Source: an uncultured Chloroflexia bacterium
GTDB taxonomy: Bacteria > Chloroflexota > Anaerolineae > CG2-30-64-16
Length of the DNA stretch: 64,000 nucleotides
NCBI GenBank assembly: GCA_963810095.1
Contig: CAWEMM010000006.1
Span: forward strand, 1,419,353-1,483,352
Direction of reading: 5' to 3'
Below, one piece after another: positions 52,560 to 64,000 of the stretch. The notes under the pieces are model-generated. The model was not told the DNA's origin and searched no databases. It was given only the letters and a program-made list of their open reading frames with translations. How positions within the stretch are numbered: position 1 is the first letter of the stretch; each line of letters begins with the position of its first letter. Both the position numbers and the translations under genes were made by a program.

Positions 52560-53672
52560 CACAACATCCTGACGCGCACGTTCAGCCTGCGGCGCGACCA
52601 GAACCTGCTGATTTTCGCCGACGTCGCGTCGCTGGAAGTGGTGGAAGTGGTGGCGCGGGTGGCGCGCGAGCTCGGCATCAACGACGACCGCGTTTTTCGT
52701 GCCCGCGGGTGCTCCAGCTCGAGATGGGGCCTAACGAAAGCCTGCCGCTGCCTGCCGAGGCCGCGGTGCGTGAAGCCGACGCGATCCTGAGCTGCCTGTC
52801 CGACCAGCCAGAACACCTGCACTATCGGATGCGCGTGCTGCACGCCAGCTGGGGCCGGCGGGCGCAGGCTCGGCCCACGCGCCCGGCATGACGCTCGAGA
52901 TCGCTGCAGCACGCATCGACACCGACTACGCGGCGATCAGCCGAGCAGGCCCAGCTGCTGAGCCTCGCGCTGATCCTGGGCAAGCGGGTCGAGATCGTCA
53001 CGACGGACAGCCAGCGCCGCGAGCACCGGCTGAACGTGCGGGTCGGCGGCTGGGACTATCCGCCCGGCATCAACGACGGGACGATTCGCGAGGGCGCGTG
53101 GAGCAACCTGCCGCCCGGCGAAGTCTACATCGTGCCGCGCGATGGGGACGGCCAGATCGTCGTCAACGGCTCGATTCCCGGCAAGGTGCTGGGGCCGGCG
53201 GAGGAGCTGATCCTGACTTTCCGCGAGGGCCGGTTGGTCGACGTGGAGCCGGAGGATGTGCCCGCCGCGCGTCATCTGCACGAGACGCAGATCGCCTACG
53301 CGGAGCGCCGCGGCGACACCAACTGGTCGAACCTGGCCGAGGTCGGCTTCGGGCTGAATCCCGCGGTGCAAGACCTGACCGGCCTGGGCGATCGTGGACG
53401 AGAAGAAGGCGCACACGGTTCATGTCGCGGTTGGGCACAGCGCCGGGCTGGGCGGCGACGTAGATTCGGTCATCCACTGCGACATGATCGCCAAGAAGCC
53501 GACTGTCTACGTCAACGGCCGGCTCGATCATGAAGCGGGGCGACTGGCGCATCAACGAGGCGGACTGGCGGCTGGATCACCGCACGGTGACGGTGCCGGT
53601 CGGCTGGTGGGAAAGCATGGGGCAGATTGGCGCGGAGCGGCGCCGCGCACCGAGCGTGAGTCGGGCCGGCTG
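52560..53672 (+). pseudogene. M29-family aminopeptidase (AmpS/PepS-like) with multiple frameshifts
   Basis: Segments LLIFADVASLEVVEVVARVARELG, GWDYPPGINDGTIREGAWSNLPPGEVYIVP, KKAHTVHVAVGHSAGLGGDVDSVIHCDMI in shifting frames. Confidence 0.45.
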
Positions 53673-53976
53673 ACATGCGTGTGGAATGCGGGCCGGGGCC
53701 GGTGGGACAGCGCGCCGGTTGGCGTGGAGCAGACGGCGCGCCTGGCCGCTCGCGGTGTACGACCTGCTGCCCGAGAACGGCGTCCCGGTGGGCAAGGCGC
53801 GCGTGGTCGCGCTGGCCGAGCAGGCCGGGCATCCCGTGCGAAGCGCTGCCGCGGCCTGTTCTGGATCATGCTTCAGTTCGACCTGGTCCGGATGTCGCGG
53901 CGCGGTGCCGAGCCAATGCCGACGTAGACCGGAGACGTCGAAGAACGAGGGGTCGTGGATAGCTGGGGAGAGCATC

Positions 53977-55530
53977 ATGACCGCAGTCAAGACCCCGTGG
54001 CGTCAATCGATGCCGGATTTCCTCCAGTTTCTGGATGGAACGCTGGGACACAAGGTCAAGCTCCACAAGGAAGTGCTCGGCTATGACCTGTATCTCGTCG
54101 ATCTTTCGGACTGGAAGCTGCGCTTCTCCGACCGCACGCCCTTGATCATCGTCAAGGAAGCGCGATCTGGCGTCGATGAGTGCCCGCGAGCTCGCGCAGA
54201 GCCTCGCCGAGGTGGTCCGCGGCCAGTCGCTGGCAGAGCGCAACCCCATCGTCGTCGTGCAGGGACCCGGCAGAGCGAACTCAAGGAGCAGCTGCACGCC
54301 GACGTACCAGCCGCTGCTGGTGCTGGACGAGGCGGACGTGCAGGCCGTGCGCGAGTCGCGGCGGCCCTCGGGCGAATTGCTCGACCGGCTCGCGCCGCAG
54401 CTCGACCTGTCGCTCCTGACGCCCTACGAGACGAGCAAGCCCGTCACCGGCTCGCGCTTCTTCGGCCGGGAGTTCGAGGTGCGCCGCATCCTGCAGACGC
54501 GGCGACAGCAATTTCGCCATTATGGGCATCCGGCGCATCGGCAAGACGTCGCTGATGCGCGAGATCGAGCGCCAGCTGAAGGAGCAGGCGCAGGAGGCCG
54601 AGAGCGAAGAGACGCTGGAGCGCATCATCTTTATGGATTGCAGCGCCATCGCGTCGCCCGAACAACTTCATCCAGGAAGTCGTGCGCAAGCTGCGGCCGC
54701 AGGAGCTGACGCGGCTGTCGTCCAAGCAGTACCCGATCTTCTTCCCCGATTTCCTCGAGCGGATGGCGCAGCGCTACGGCGGCCCGATCATGTTCTTCCT
54801 CGACGAGTTCGACAAGGTGCTTACCTGGCACTACGAGGACGACTCGCTGCTCAACGCGCTGCGGGCGTCGAGCAACCAGGGTCACTCGCGCTATATCGTC
54901 GGCGGCTTCCGCGATGTGATGCGTGCGTTCAGCGACCTGGAATCGCCCCTGTACAACTTCGCGCGGCCCATCCGCCTCAAGGAGTTCAGCCGGGAGCAGG
55001 CCGCGGCGATGATTCTCGGCCCGCTGGAGAAGTTGGGCGTGCAGTTCGAGCGCCGCAACGACGTGGTCAACCGCATCTTCGACGAGACCGCCGGCCAGCC
55101 GAACCTGATCCAGTTCTACTGCAGCATCCTGGTCGAGCGGCTGGACCGCGAGGGCAGCCGGCGCATCGCATCGCTCGCCCGAGAGCCTGTTCGACGTCTA
55201 CGGCAACGACGATTTCCGCGCGTTCGTGCTCAGCACCTTCATGGATAACACGACGCACCTGGAGAAGGCGATCGTGTTTGCGGTGATGGCGGACCTGGGC
55301 GCGGAGCATCCATTCGGCGTCCAGCAGATCGACGGCGCGCTCGAACGTCGCGGGCGTCGAAATCCCGCTGTCCGACCTGGACCTTGCCTGCCGCAACCTG
55401 GAGCTTGGCGGGCACCTTCACCTCGCGCGGGCCGATGTTCCGCTTCGCGACGCCGGTTTTCCCGCGCATGCTGAGCGAGAACTACGACGTAGACTACCTG
55501 TTCCGCAAAGTGCTGCAAGAGGGCATCTGA
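53977..55530 (+). pseudogene. archaeal-type AAA ATPase (Arch_ATPase/ATPase_2-like) with multiple frameshifts
   Basis: FFGREFEVRRIL, GIRRIGKTSLMREIERQL (P-loop), PIMFFLDEFD (Walker B) across ORFs 53686, 54176, 54522, 54682. Confidence 0.45.
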
Positions 55531-55532
55531 CA

Positions 55533-58386
55533 ATGAGCGCTAGCATCGAAGCCTGGCGGATCGTTCCCTACGAAGGAGGCGCATCGCCCGTTCAAGAAGG
55601 TGCGGGTGCGCGACGAGGCCGCGGGTGCGCGCGGTCGTGCGGCACCTGATGAACGACGAGTGCGTCGCCTTGCTCGGTCCGCCCATGAGCGAGAAGAGCC
55701 ACCTGCTGCGGGACGTGGCGGAGGCGCTGGAGCAGGGCGGTCGCTTCCGGCCGCTGCATATCGACTTGTGGCGCACACGATCGAACGATGAGGCCGCCTT
55801 CTTCACCAGCCTTGCCGAGTCTGCTGGCCGACGAGCTGCGGGACGCCGGCGCCGCGAGTCCCGACGAGCCGGCCGAGCACGCGCGGTTCCAGGGTTATCT
55901 CGCCGCTTGCGAATGCGAGCGGCCGCAGCCTTGCGCTGCTGATCGATCACCTGCAGGCGCTGCCGCACGACCTCGTCCACAGCCTGCTGCGTCGCCCTGC
56001 GCGCGGCCTACATGGAGCGCGAGGCCGACGCGCCGCACAGCCTGGTCGCGGTGGTCACCGGCGGCATCAACCTCGTCGGTCTGTCCGTCCGGCCCGACCT
56101 CGCCGTTCAACATCGCCAAACCCGTGGTCGCGACACCGCTGACCCTCGAACAGAGCCGCGCGCTGGCCGAGGCGACGCTCAAGCGCTGGAGTGCTCGGCA
56201 TCCGCCAACGGCATGGACCGCTTGCTGAGCCTGGGCGCAGGCGACCGGTACCTGATTCCGCGGCTCTGCGCCGACAGCTCCGAACTGGTCAGCTTGCACC
56301 GCCTGCACCGCGTGACGTCGGCCATTGCGGATCGCGCCGGCGCGGGCGCTCGTCGCCCGCGGACGCGGCCGCCGCCCGTTCGCGCCGCCATCCGCATGAT
56401 CGAGGAAGACCCGGACACGGTGCTGGACGTGCTGCACCTGCTCGACCACGGCTCGCTGCCGCGCTCACGCTCGCGCCAGATGCCGACGCGCACCGGCACG
56501 GACCGGCTGCAGCTCTCGGGCGCGGTGGTCCTGGTCGGATGGGTGCTACGGCTTTATGAACGAGGCGTACCGCGAGGCGTTGGCCGCGCACTTCACCACC
56601 GACCGGGTCGGGCACATGTTGCGGATTGCCGGGCCGGTGGAGCGAGGCGATCGCCTATCTCGCGCCGCAGCGGGCGCGCGTCGCGCGTCCGCAGCTGCTC
56701 GAAGCCATCGTCCAGATCGATCTATGCGAGCTGACTCGTCCGAACAGGCGTATCGGGCTGCTGGCCGACGGCCTGCGGCTCGGCTTCGGCCTGTCGGACA
56801 TCGGCATCTACTGCGGCGCTGCCGGCCGACTGCTCAGCTCGACCGCGTCTATCCGCCCAAGGACGGCGGCCCGAGGAGCACGTCGACCTGCGCGATCCCG
56901 GGTGCGTCGAGGCCCAGACCTTCAACCTGGGCAACTATGCGCTGCGCGGCACCGCGGATGAGGCGCGCCTGGTCGTCGCGCTGGCATCGGCCAGCCGGCC
57001 GCTCGGCGTCGTGACGATCGAACGCTATGTGCAGAACCGCGATCCGCACGAGCTGCCCGACGAACTGCCCGACCTGCTGCGTTTCCTGCAGCACGCAGTC
57101 CGGGGCGCTGGAAAACGTCATCACTCGGGCTGCCTACCGCGCCATCGGACAGGCCGTGCTGGATGCCAAGGCCATGCAGCCGACCGTGGAGCGGGTGCTC
57201 GAGACGGTAGCGGAGGCGCTTGGGCTGCGACTACGGCGCCCTGTATCTGCGGGATGAGACCGCCGCCAGCTGGAGATGGCCGCAGCAGTCGGCAGGGTGG
57301 TGACGGAGGAGTGGCAGGCGCAGGCGCGCTTTCCCCTCGACGGCCGACACCCCGCGGTCACCGCGCTGCTGGAGGGGCGGATGTTGACGGCGCGAGGGGG
57401 CGAGGACGCAGAGGACCGCGTGCTGCACGACCGTTTCGGCCTGCACCGCTACCTGCGCGTCTTCCTGCCTCTGCTCGCCGGCGGCGAACAGCTCGGCACG
57501 CTCGAACTGGGCTACGCGAGCCGGCCGCATGCGCATGTCGGATGAGCTACAAGCGGACGCTGGTCGAGTTCGCCGACCAGGTGGCGATCGCGGTGCATAA
57601 CATGCTGCTGCTGCGGCGGACGGACGAGGCGCTGGCACGCGCAAGCTGGCCGAGCTTGTCGGTGGGCCGCGAGATTCAGCTCAGCCTGCTGCCGAAGGTC
57701 ACGCCGACCGTTCCCGGCTGGCAGTTCGCGGCCATGTACGAGGCCGCCCGCACCGTCGGCGGCGACTTCTACGACTTCTGCGAATTGCCGGGTCCGCCCG
57801 CATCGGCTGGGCGTCGTCATTGCCGATGTGGCGGACAAGGGCGTGCCGGCCGCGCTGTTCATGGCGGTCAGCCGGACGATCATTCGCAGCGTCGCGCTTC
57901 ACCGGCCGCGGCCCGGCCGTCTGCCCTGATGCGAGCGAACCAACTGATTCTCGCCGACAGCCAGGCCGACCTGTTCCTGAGCGCGATCTACCTGGTGCTC
58001 GAGACCGACAACGGGCGCGGATTTCGTTCAGCAACGCGGGGCACAACCGGCCGCTGCTGGTACCGCGCTGCGGACCGCGCAGCTCACGCGAGCTGACCCA
58101 GCGCGGCATCATCCTGGGCGCGTTCGACGAGATCACGCTGCAGGACGACACGGCTGGACCTGGCCGCCGGCGACGTGCTGGTGCTGTACACGGACGGCGT
58201 CACGGACGCGCTCAACGCGGACGGGCGAGGAGTTCGGCGAGCAGCGCCTGTTCGACGTGGTGCGGGGCAGCGCCGCACGGCAGCGCGCAGGAGATCCTGT
58301 GGGCGATCACGGGCGCGCTGGCGGGCTTCATCGGCGACACGGAGCAGGCGGACGACGTGACCTGCGTCGTGATCAAGAAGGACTAG
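55533..58386 (+). pseudogene. large regulatory protein: degenerate P-loop NTPase-like N-terminus, GAF domain, PP2C/SpoIIE-type phosphatase C-terminus; many frameshifts
   Basis: LLGPPMSEKSHLLRDV, LALLIDHLQAL, GAF-like DYGALYLRDE..., PP2C motifs [43 protein letters not shown], ends VVIKKD. Confidence 0.4.
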
Positions 58387-58476
58387 GCCTTTGTTTGTTG
58401 GGGCCCGGATGACCCTCAACACCTGGTTGCATGGGCCGCCTTGCTGTTGGGGGCCGTCGGGCCCCCAACGCCCCCG
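58385..58476. repeat. dispersed GC-rich hairpin repeat element, copy D left half (split by IS insertion)
   Basis: CTGTTGGGGGCCGTCGGGCCCCCAACGCCCCCG matches copy A 4788-4824; right half resumes at 61603. Confidence 0.6.
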
Positions 58477-58562
58477 TGTATAGACCGGGGACATAGTAGA
58501 CAGTCGTTCGGAGACATGGTAGACGCTAGAATGGGAATAACTGCCACCGGAAGGAGGCTGAT

Positions 58563-59705
58563 ATGCCCTGGCGAGAGGCAAATGCCATGTCCTTACGACT
58601 TGATTTCGTGACCCGAGCTGGTCACGAAGCTGCTAACGTGCGGGCCCTGTGCCGCGAGTTCGGTATCAGCCCGAACACTGCGTACAAGTGGCTTGTGCGC
58701 TACCAGGCGGCGGGGCCCGCGGGGCTGGCCGATCGCTCACGGCGCCCGAACGCAGTCCGAGCCGACACGCCGCCCGGCCGCGAACAGTTGGTGCTGGCGA
58801 CGCGCCAGGCCCACCCGGCCTGGGGCGGCCGCAAGCTCAAGGCCTACCTGGAGCAGGCCGGCTATGCGGACGTGCCGGCAGCTTCCACCATCACAGCCAT
58901 TCTGCGCCGGCACGGGGCGCTGGATGACCAGGAGGGCGCTCAGCATCGCGCCTTTCAGCGTTTCGAACGTGAGGCGCCCAACGAGCTGTGGCAGATGGAC
59001 TTCAAGGGCCATTTTGCGCTCGGGGATGGTACGCGCTGCGACCCCTTGACGGTCCTCGACGACCATGCGCGCTTCCTGTTGGCGCTGGACGCCTGTGCCG
59101 ACGAGACCCGCCGCACGGTGCAGGCCGCGCTGACCGGCGTCTTCGAGCGCTACGGCTTGCCCGAGCGCATCCTGTGCGATCATGGGCCACCGTGGGGCGC
59201 CCCCAATGCCGGCGACGTGTACACGACGTTGAGTGCGTGGCTCTTGCGGCTGGGCATCGGGGTCGTGCACGGGCGGCCCAAGCATCCGCAGACGCAAGGC
59301 AAGGACGAGCGATTGCATCGCACGTTGCGGGCCGAGTTGCTGCGCCGGCAGACGTTCGCCGATCTGCCGGCCTGTCAGCCCGCCTTCGATACCTGGCGGC
59401 AGATGTATAATGAACAGCGCCCGCATGAGGCGCTAGCCATGCAGGTGCCGGCGGCCCGCTATCGGCCCAGCCCGCGCCCGTGGCCCGCCCGCCTGCCCGC
59501 GATCGAGTATCCGGCCAGCGACCGAGTGCGCCGGGTGCAAGATAAGGGCCAGATCAAAGTCGGCGGCCACGAGTTTCGCATCGGCAAAGCCTTCATCGGC
59601 TACCCGGTGGGCCTCCGGCCCACGAACCAGGACGGCTGCTATGACGTTTACTTCTGCGCCCAGCGCATTGGCCAAATTCAACTATCCGCCGGGCAACGGA
59701 TTTAG
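58563..59705 (+). CDS. IS481-family transposase (DDE/rve integrase)
   Basis: 380 aa; HTH N-terminus, rve core with HGRPKHPQTQGKDERLHRTL. Confidence 0.85.
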   Translation: MPWREANAMSLRLDFVTRAGHEAANVRALCREFGISPNTAYKWLVRYQAAGPAGLADRSRRPNAVRADTPPGREQLVLATRQAHPAWGGRKLKAYLEQAGYADVPAASTITAILRRHGALDDQEGAQHRAFQRFEREAPNELWQMDFKGHFALGDGTRCDPLTVLDDHARFLLALDACADETRRTVQAALTGVFERYGLPERILCDHGPPWGAPNAGDVYTTLSAWLLRLGIGVVHGRPKHPQTQGKDERLHRTLRAELLRRQTFADLPACQPAFDTWRQMYNEQRPHEALAMQVPAARYRPSPRPWPARLPAIEYPASDRVRRVQDKGQIKVGGHEFRIGKAFIGYPVGLRPTNQDGCYDVYFCAQRIGQIQLSAGQRI

Positions 59706-59709
59706 CTCA

Positions 59710-61518
59710 GCCTGTGGGTAAGGGGCTGTCCGAAAAGTAATCGGGCGGCCCCTTTTTTGCGTGCTTTTCTCGCGTTCTTTAAGGATTCATGGTTTAATGG
59801 GGGCATGAAACGCAAACCTGCTGCCCCCGTCTTCAAGCCCTACACGATGGCTCAGCCGCAGTTGCTGCCGCCGAGCCTGGATGAGTTGATCGAGCCGGAC
59901 CACCTGGTGCGGGTGGTAAATGCGGCGATCGACCAGTTGGATTTGCGGCCGCTGCTGGCGCAGTACCCCGGCGGCGGGACGTCCAGCTATCATCCGCAGA
60001 TGCTGCTGAAGGTGTTGGTGTACGCCTATTGCAGCAAGATCTACTCGTCGCGGCGGATTGCGGCGGCGCTGCGGGAGAACATTCACTTCATGTGGTTGAG
60101 TGGCGGGAACCGGCCGGACTTTCGCACGATCAACGACTTTCGCGGGCAGCGGATGAAGGGCGTGATCGACGCGGTGTTCGCCGAGGTGCTGCAGTACCTG
60201 GTCGAGGCGGGGTACGTGCAGTTGGAGCACTACTTCGTCGACGGGACGAAGATCGCCGCCGATGCGAACCAGCACAAGGTGGTGTGGGCCAAGCGCACGG
60301 CGCGTTACCAGCAGCGGGTGCGGGAGCAGATCGCGTGAGTTGCTGCGGCAGATCGAGCAGGTGAATGCTGACGAGCAGGCCGAGTACGGCGATGCCGATC
60401 TGGAAGAGCGGGGCCGGCGGTGGGGGTGGCGAGATCGACTCGGACGCAACTCAAGGAGCGCATCGACCAACTCAACCAGCGGCTCCGCGAGCGTCAGCAC
60501 CCCAAGCCCGAAGCCCAGGCAGCCGAGAAGGCGCTGAAGAAACTGGCGACGGATTGTCTGCCGCGGTTGGAGAAGTACGAGCAGCAGACCGCGACGCTGG
60601 CGGGGCGGTCGAGCTATGCCCAGACCGACCCGGACGCCACGTGCATGCGGATGAAGGAAGACCGCGGCGCCGAGCGGCCCTGGCCCAAGCCGGCCTACAA
60701 CGTGCAGGTGGGCACGGAAGGGCAATTCATCGTCGGGTTCAGCGTGCACGACCAGGCGGGCGACACCGGGTGCCTGATCCCGCATCTGGAGCAGGTGCGC
60801 CAGAACACCGGCGGCCGCTTACCGCAGAACGTGGTGGCGGATGCGGGGTACGGCAGCGAAGAGAACTACGCCTATCTGGAACAGCAGCAGGTGGGCAACT
60901 ACCTCAAGTACAACACCTTCTACCAGGACACGCATCATTACCGCGACCCGGCCGTGCTGCGGGCGCACCAGTTCCGGGCCGAGAACTTCGCCTACGACGC
61001 GGCCACCGACACCTTCGTCTGCCCGGCCGGCCAGCGGCTGCACTTCCAGTACACCACCCGCTACACCAGCGACAACGGCTACCTGAGCGACCGCCGCATC
61101 TACGAATGCTTCGCGTGTGCCGACTGCCCGCTGCGCAGCCAGTGCACCCGGGCCAAAGGCAACCGCCAGATTCGCATCAGTTTCCGCTTGCTCGCCTACC
61201 GCAAGCAAGCCCGCGACAACCTGACCAGCGCCGACAGGTGAGCGCTTACGCGCCGCGCGCTCCGTCGAGGTGGAAACCGTCTTCGGGCATATCAAACAGA
61301 ATATGGGCTTCCGGAGATTTCACTTACGCGGGCGGGCGAAAGTGAAGACCGAATGGGGGCTCGTGAGCATCGCTCACAACCTGAAGAAGGTGGCGGCCGC
61401 ATAGGCCGCTTTTTTTCTCCGCTTTCCGCGAGCTCCAACTCATCTCCCGCTGACTCCGAATCGGCACAAGAAAGGGGCTGCCTGGATGTTCTTTCCAGAC
61501 AGCCCCTTACCCACAGGC
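59710..61518 (+). mobile_element. IS1182/IS5-like element nested inside the IS481 element, 21-bp terminal inverted repeats GCCTGTGGGTAAGGGGCTGTC
   Basis: IR at 59710-59730 and reverse complement at 61498-61518; inserted immediately after the IS481 transposase stop. Confidence 0.65.
59805..61404 (+). pseudogene. IS1182-family transposase with ~3 apparent frameshifts
   Basis: N-terminal DUF772-like segment (ORF 59757..60338), DDE segment (ORF 60420..61241: VVADAGYGSEENY), C-terminal ...HIKQNMGFRRFHLRG...AHNLKKVAAA in a third frame. Confidence 0.6.
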
Positions 61519-61602
61519 CCGACGCGACGACACCATTCTTTAAGGTGTTCAGGTGTCTACGATGTCCCCGAACACCTGTCTACGATGTATTCGGTCCATA
61601 CA

Positions 61603-61745
61603 CCCCGACGAAGGGCTGCGCCGCTTCGACCCCCTAATTTGCTCGGGCAGCACCGCATCCGCCGTCTAACGCGCACGGCTGCCGGCCGGGACGGGGCCGA
61701 CAGTGGCAGGCTTGCACGAACCGACGCGATGGAAAATGTACGTCA
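61603..61745. repeat. dispersed GC-rich hairpin repeat element, copy D right half
   Basis: GACGAAGGGCTGCGCCGCTTCGACCCCCTAA and GGCTTGCACGAACCG match the middle of copies A and C. Confidence 0.55.
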
Positions 61746-63990
61746 GGCGGTTTCGCTTTGCATCAAGGGCGGCGGGGGCCCGCGGGACCGGGCCAAAGCG
61801 GGAAACCGCCGCCCGTCACAGGCAGGGTGCCGGGCCCACGCAGGACGTCCGACTTGAAGCGCGGGATGATACGGTAGCCCGCGTCGGGCGTCTTCTCGCC
61901 CACGGACTGCCCCAGGACGCCCTGCCGCGGCCCACATCTGCCCGATCTGCACGTAGGGGCGGCGCCAGGGCAGGCTCTCGGGGAAGTAGATGCGGATCAG
62001 CCCGGCCCTGTCTTTCAAGACCAGGCCGCGCGTCTCGTACTTGACCACCGCACCCACGACCTGCACGAGCCTCCCCTCGTTCGCTTCTGCCAGGTCCGCC
62101 GAGGTGACCGGCTGCGGCGCGACAGCCTTGCCTTCGCCCAGCACTGTTAAGTAACCGGCATCGGGGACAGATAACTCGGTTTCTCCGTAGAAGTCGCGGG
62201 TCCAGCCCGTGACCCGCACCCGGCTGCCCGGCTTCAGCGTGGGATAGTCGCCTTTGCGCAGGTAGACCTTGATGCCCCCTGTCTCGTCCTGCAAGTAGAT
62301 CGTCTTCGCAATCAGCCCGGGCGGGAAAGTCACGGTGCCGCTGACGACGGCGCGACTGTCTACCTTCGCCGAGCGGGCCGCCGCGACGGTTTGCGGAACC
62401 GGCGGGGGCGTGGCTTGGGGCGGAGCAGGCGCCGCGGGCGCAGGAGGCGGCAGCAGGCGGTTCGGCTGGCCCGGCGTCGCCTCGCAGTCGGACGTCCACC
62501 CGCCTACGCCGTCGGTGTTCCGACAGTAACTGCGGTCTGCGCCCGGCCCATGGTCATAGGCGAAGCGGTCTGCCAACGTCCCGTCGCTCCTGGTGAGGGT
62601 CACCGAGTCGCGCCAGTCGCTCAGCGAGAGACGGGTCTGGCCGCGGAAGAACAGCATGAAGCTGTGGGGCCAGATCACGGCGCCCGCGGGAATGCGGTAG
62701 CTCGCGGCCTCATCGCCGATCTGCCAGCCCTCCAGGGGGACGGCGCTGCCCGTCGGATTATGCAACTCGATCCATTCGTCCGAGAAGTTCGCCGTGCCGT
62801 CGCGATCCCAGTCGACCGAGCGCGGGTCAGGGAGGATTTCATTCAGCTTGACCTTCAGCGCATCGGGCGGGAGCGGGGTGGGGGTCGGCGTCTGCGTGGA
62901 CGTGGGCGAGGCCGTGACGGTGCCGGTGGGAGTGCGCGTTGGCGTGACAGTGCGCGTGGGTGTGGAGGTGCGCGTGGGCGTGACGGTACGCGTGGGTGTG
63001 GAGGTGCGGGTGGGCGTCGGCGTGGCGGCGGGATCGCGGGTTGGGGTCGCGGTCGGCGTTGCGGTGGGCACGAGGGTCGTGCGCTCGCCTGGGTTGGGCG
63101 CTTGGCGGGTCCAGTCCGCCGCGCTGTCACTGTCCTGGAGGTTCCAGCGGCCTAGTGACTCGCCGGCACGCACTTTCTCGCAGGGCGGCTCGTTAATGCT
63201 CGTGTCCGAGCCGTAGCTCATGGCGTCGACGACGGTGGCGTCGGGTGCGAGGAGGCGGACCGCGTCGCCGGTGTTGCTCAGCCCGTTGCCAATGGCGCCC
63301 TCGAGGCTGACGAGCAGGCCCGAGAAGCCGGGGAAACTGGCGCGGAACGCGGCTTCTTTGGCGGCAACAACGGCATATTCGCCGGGCAGCAGGCTGAACT
63401 CGGGCAGCGCGTCCTGGCCCGTGTTGTCGCCGATGCGCCAGCCCGAGAGCAGGACCGCGTCGCCCGTGGGGTTCACGATCTCGACGAACTCCCAATCGGC
63501 ATCCGCGCCGTCTTGGATAGGGTCGTACAGCACTTCACTTAGGAGCAGCTTCGGCCAAGCCGCCGGATACGGGAGAGTTGGCGAAGGCGTCGGCGTGGCT
63601 GTGCGGGTGGAGGCGGGCGTGCGCGTGACTGTAGGCGTGCGGGTGACCGTGGGACTTGGGCCGGCCGTTCGCGTCGCAGCCGGCGTGCGGGTTGCGCTCG
63701 CGGTCCGAGTCGGAGTCCGCGTGAGGGTTGCAGTCCGCGTGATTGCGGTCCGCGTTGGGCTCGCGGTGCGGGTTGGGCTGGGGGTGCGGGTCGGCGTCGG
63801 AGTGGGCGTGCTTTCGATCGTCCCGCTCACGCCGGGATTGGGGACCGATTGCCCATACCAGTCTTCTGCCGTGCCGGTGTCCATGTCGCTGGGGATACGC
63901 GACAAGGACTCGCCGGCCGCTACCCCGGGGCACGCCGGGTCGAACGCCGTCGTATCTGAGCCATAGCTCATCGCATCTGCCAGCACGCCG
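61743..63990 (-). CDS. large secreted protein with two lamin-tail-domain (LTD) repeats, Pro/Thr-rich linkers and C-terminal OB-like domain; 5' end outside window, C-terminal reading frame uncertain
   Basis: LLSEVLYDP...WEFVEIVNPTGDAVLLSGWRIGD and KLNEILPDP...EWIELHNPTGSAVPLEGWQIGD LTD motifs; PTRTPTPT linkers. Confidence 0.65.
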
Positions 63991-64000
63991 TTCGGCGCCA

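Larger units (their letters stand above)
58477..61602 (+). mobile_element. IS481-family insertion sequence (composite: carries a nested IS1182-family element), ~58-bp imperfect terminal inverted repeats, 5-bp TSD CCCCG
   Basis: Left end TGTATAGACCGGGGACATAGTAGACAGTCGTTCGGAGACATGGTAGAC vs reverse complement of right end GTGTATGGACCGAATACATCGTAGACAGGTGTTCGGGGACATCGTAGAC; CCCCG at 58472-58476 and 61603-61607. Confidence 0.7.

Noticed and set aside
49171-53672. Interpreting the GH2, GT4 and M29 genes as genuinely decayed pseudogenes
   Set aside because: Conserved motifs are intact in every segment and all disruptions are clean 1-nt frame changes without stops or deletions; more parsimonious as sequencing/assembly indels, so they are reported with that caveat instead
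62850-63800. Highly repetitive PTRTPTPT-coding nucleotide repeats, considered as possible CRISPR array or tandem-repeat locus
   Set aside because: Repeats are irregular, in-frame and encode Pro/Thr linkers of the LTD protein; no constant-length direct repeats with unique spacers

Overview
This is a high-GC window that looks like Chloroflexi or a similar lineage (Pro/Thr-rich linkers, a fused MFS/spermidine synthase, PTPS-related membrane proteins); that taxonomy is inference. It is gene-dense on both strands.

Recognisable genes:
- surE, mutM, an Elp3-like radical-SAM/GNAT enzyme, prephenate dehydrogenase, acyl-CoA dehydrogenase, penicillin amidase, a UbiB/ABC1 kinase and an S2P protease.
- S1 and HtrA-like proteases, two ABC transporter gene sets, an ECF sigma / anti-sigma pair and tRNA-Leu(CAA).

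Main hidden signal:
- A pair of adjacent selenoprotein genes that the ORF track splits at in-frame TGA codons.
- The first is a GrdB/PrdB-family protein with a U-x-x-C motif; the second is a SelW/Rdx-family protein with a C-x-x-U motif.
- Each TGA is followed 12-16 nt downstream by a 6-bp stem with a GUU triloop, a candidate SECIS element.

Other notable structure:
- A dispersed GC-rich hairpin repeat family (REP/MITE-like) with at least four copies.
- One repeat copy is split by an IS481-family element with a 5-bp target duplication CCCCG; that IS481 carries a nested IS1182-family insertion.
- Two adjacent exported proteins share an uncharacterised C-terminal domain. One is a membrane protein with tandem cNMP-binding domains, the other an SH3b protein.
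- A lipoprotein-YhfC fusion sits in an ABC-2 operon.
- Three paralogous PTPS-related GT-C-like membrane proteins are present.
- A triple-palindrome operator array lies in a divergent promoter.
- Many genes show apparent 1-nt frameshifts, often in GC runs. These are densest at 49-58 kb and are most consistent with assembly indel errors rather than true pseudogenes.
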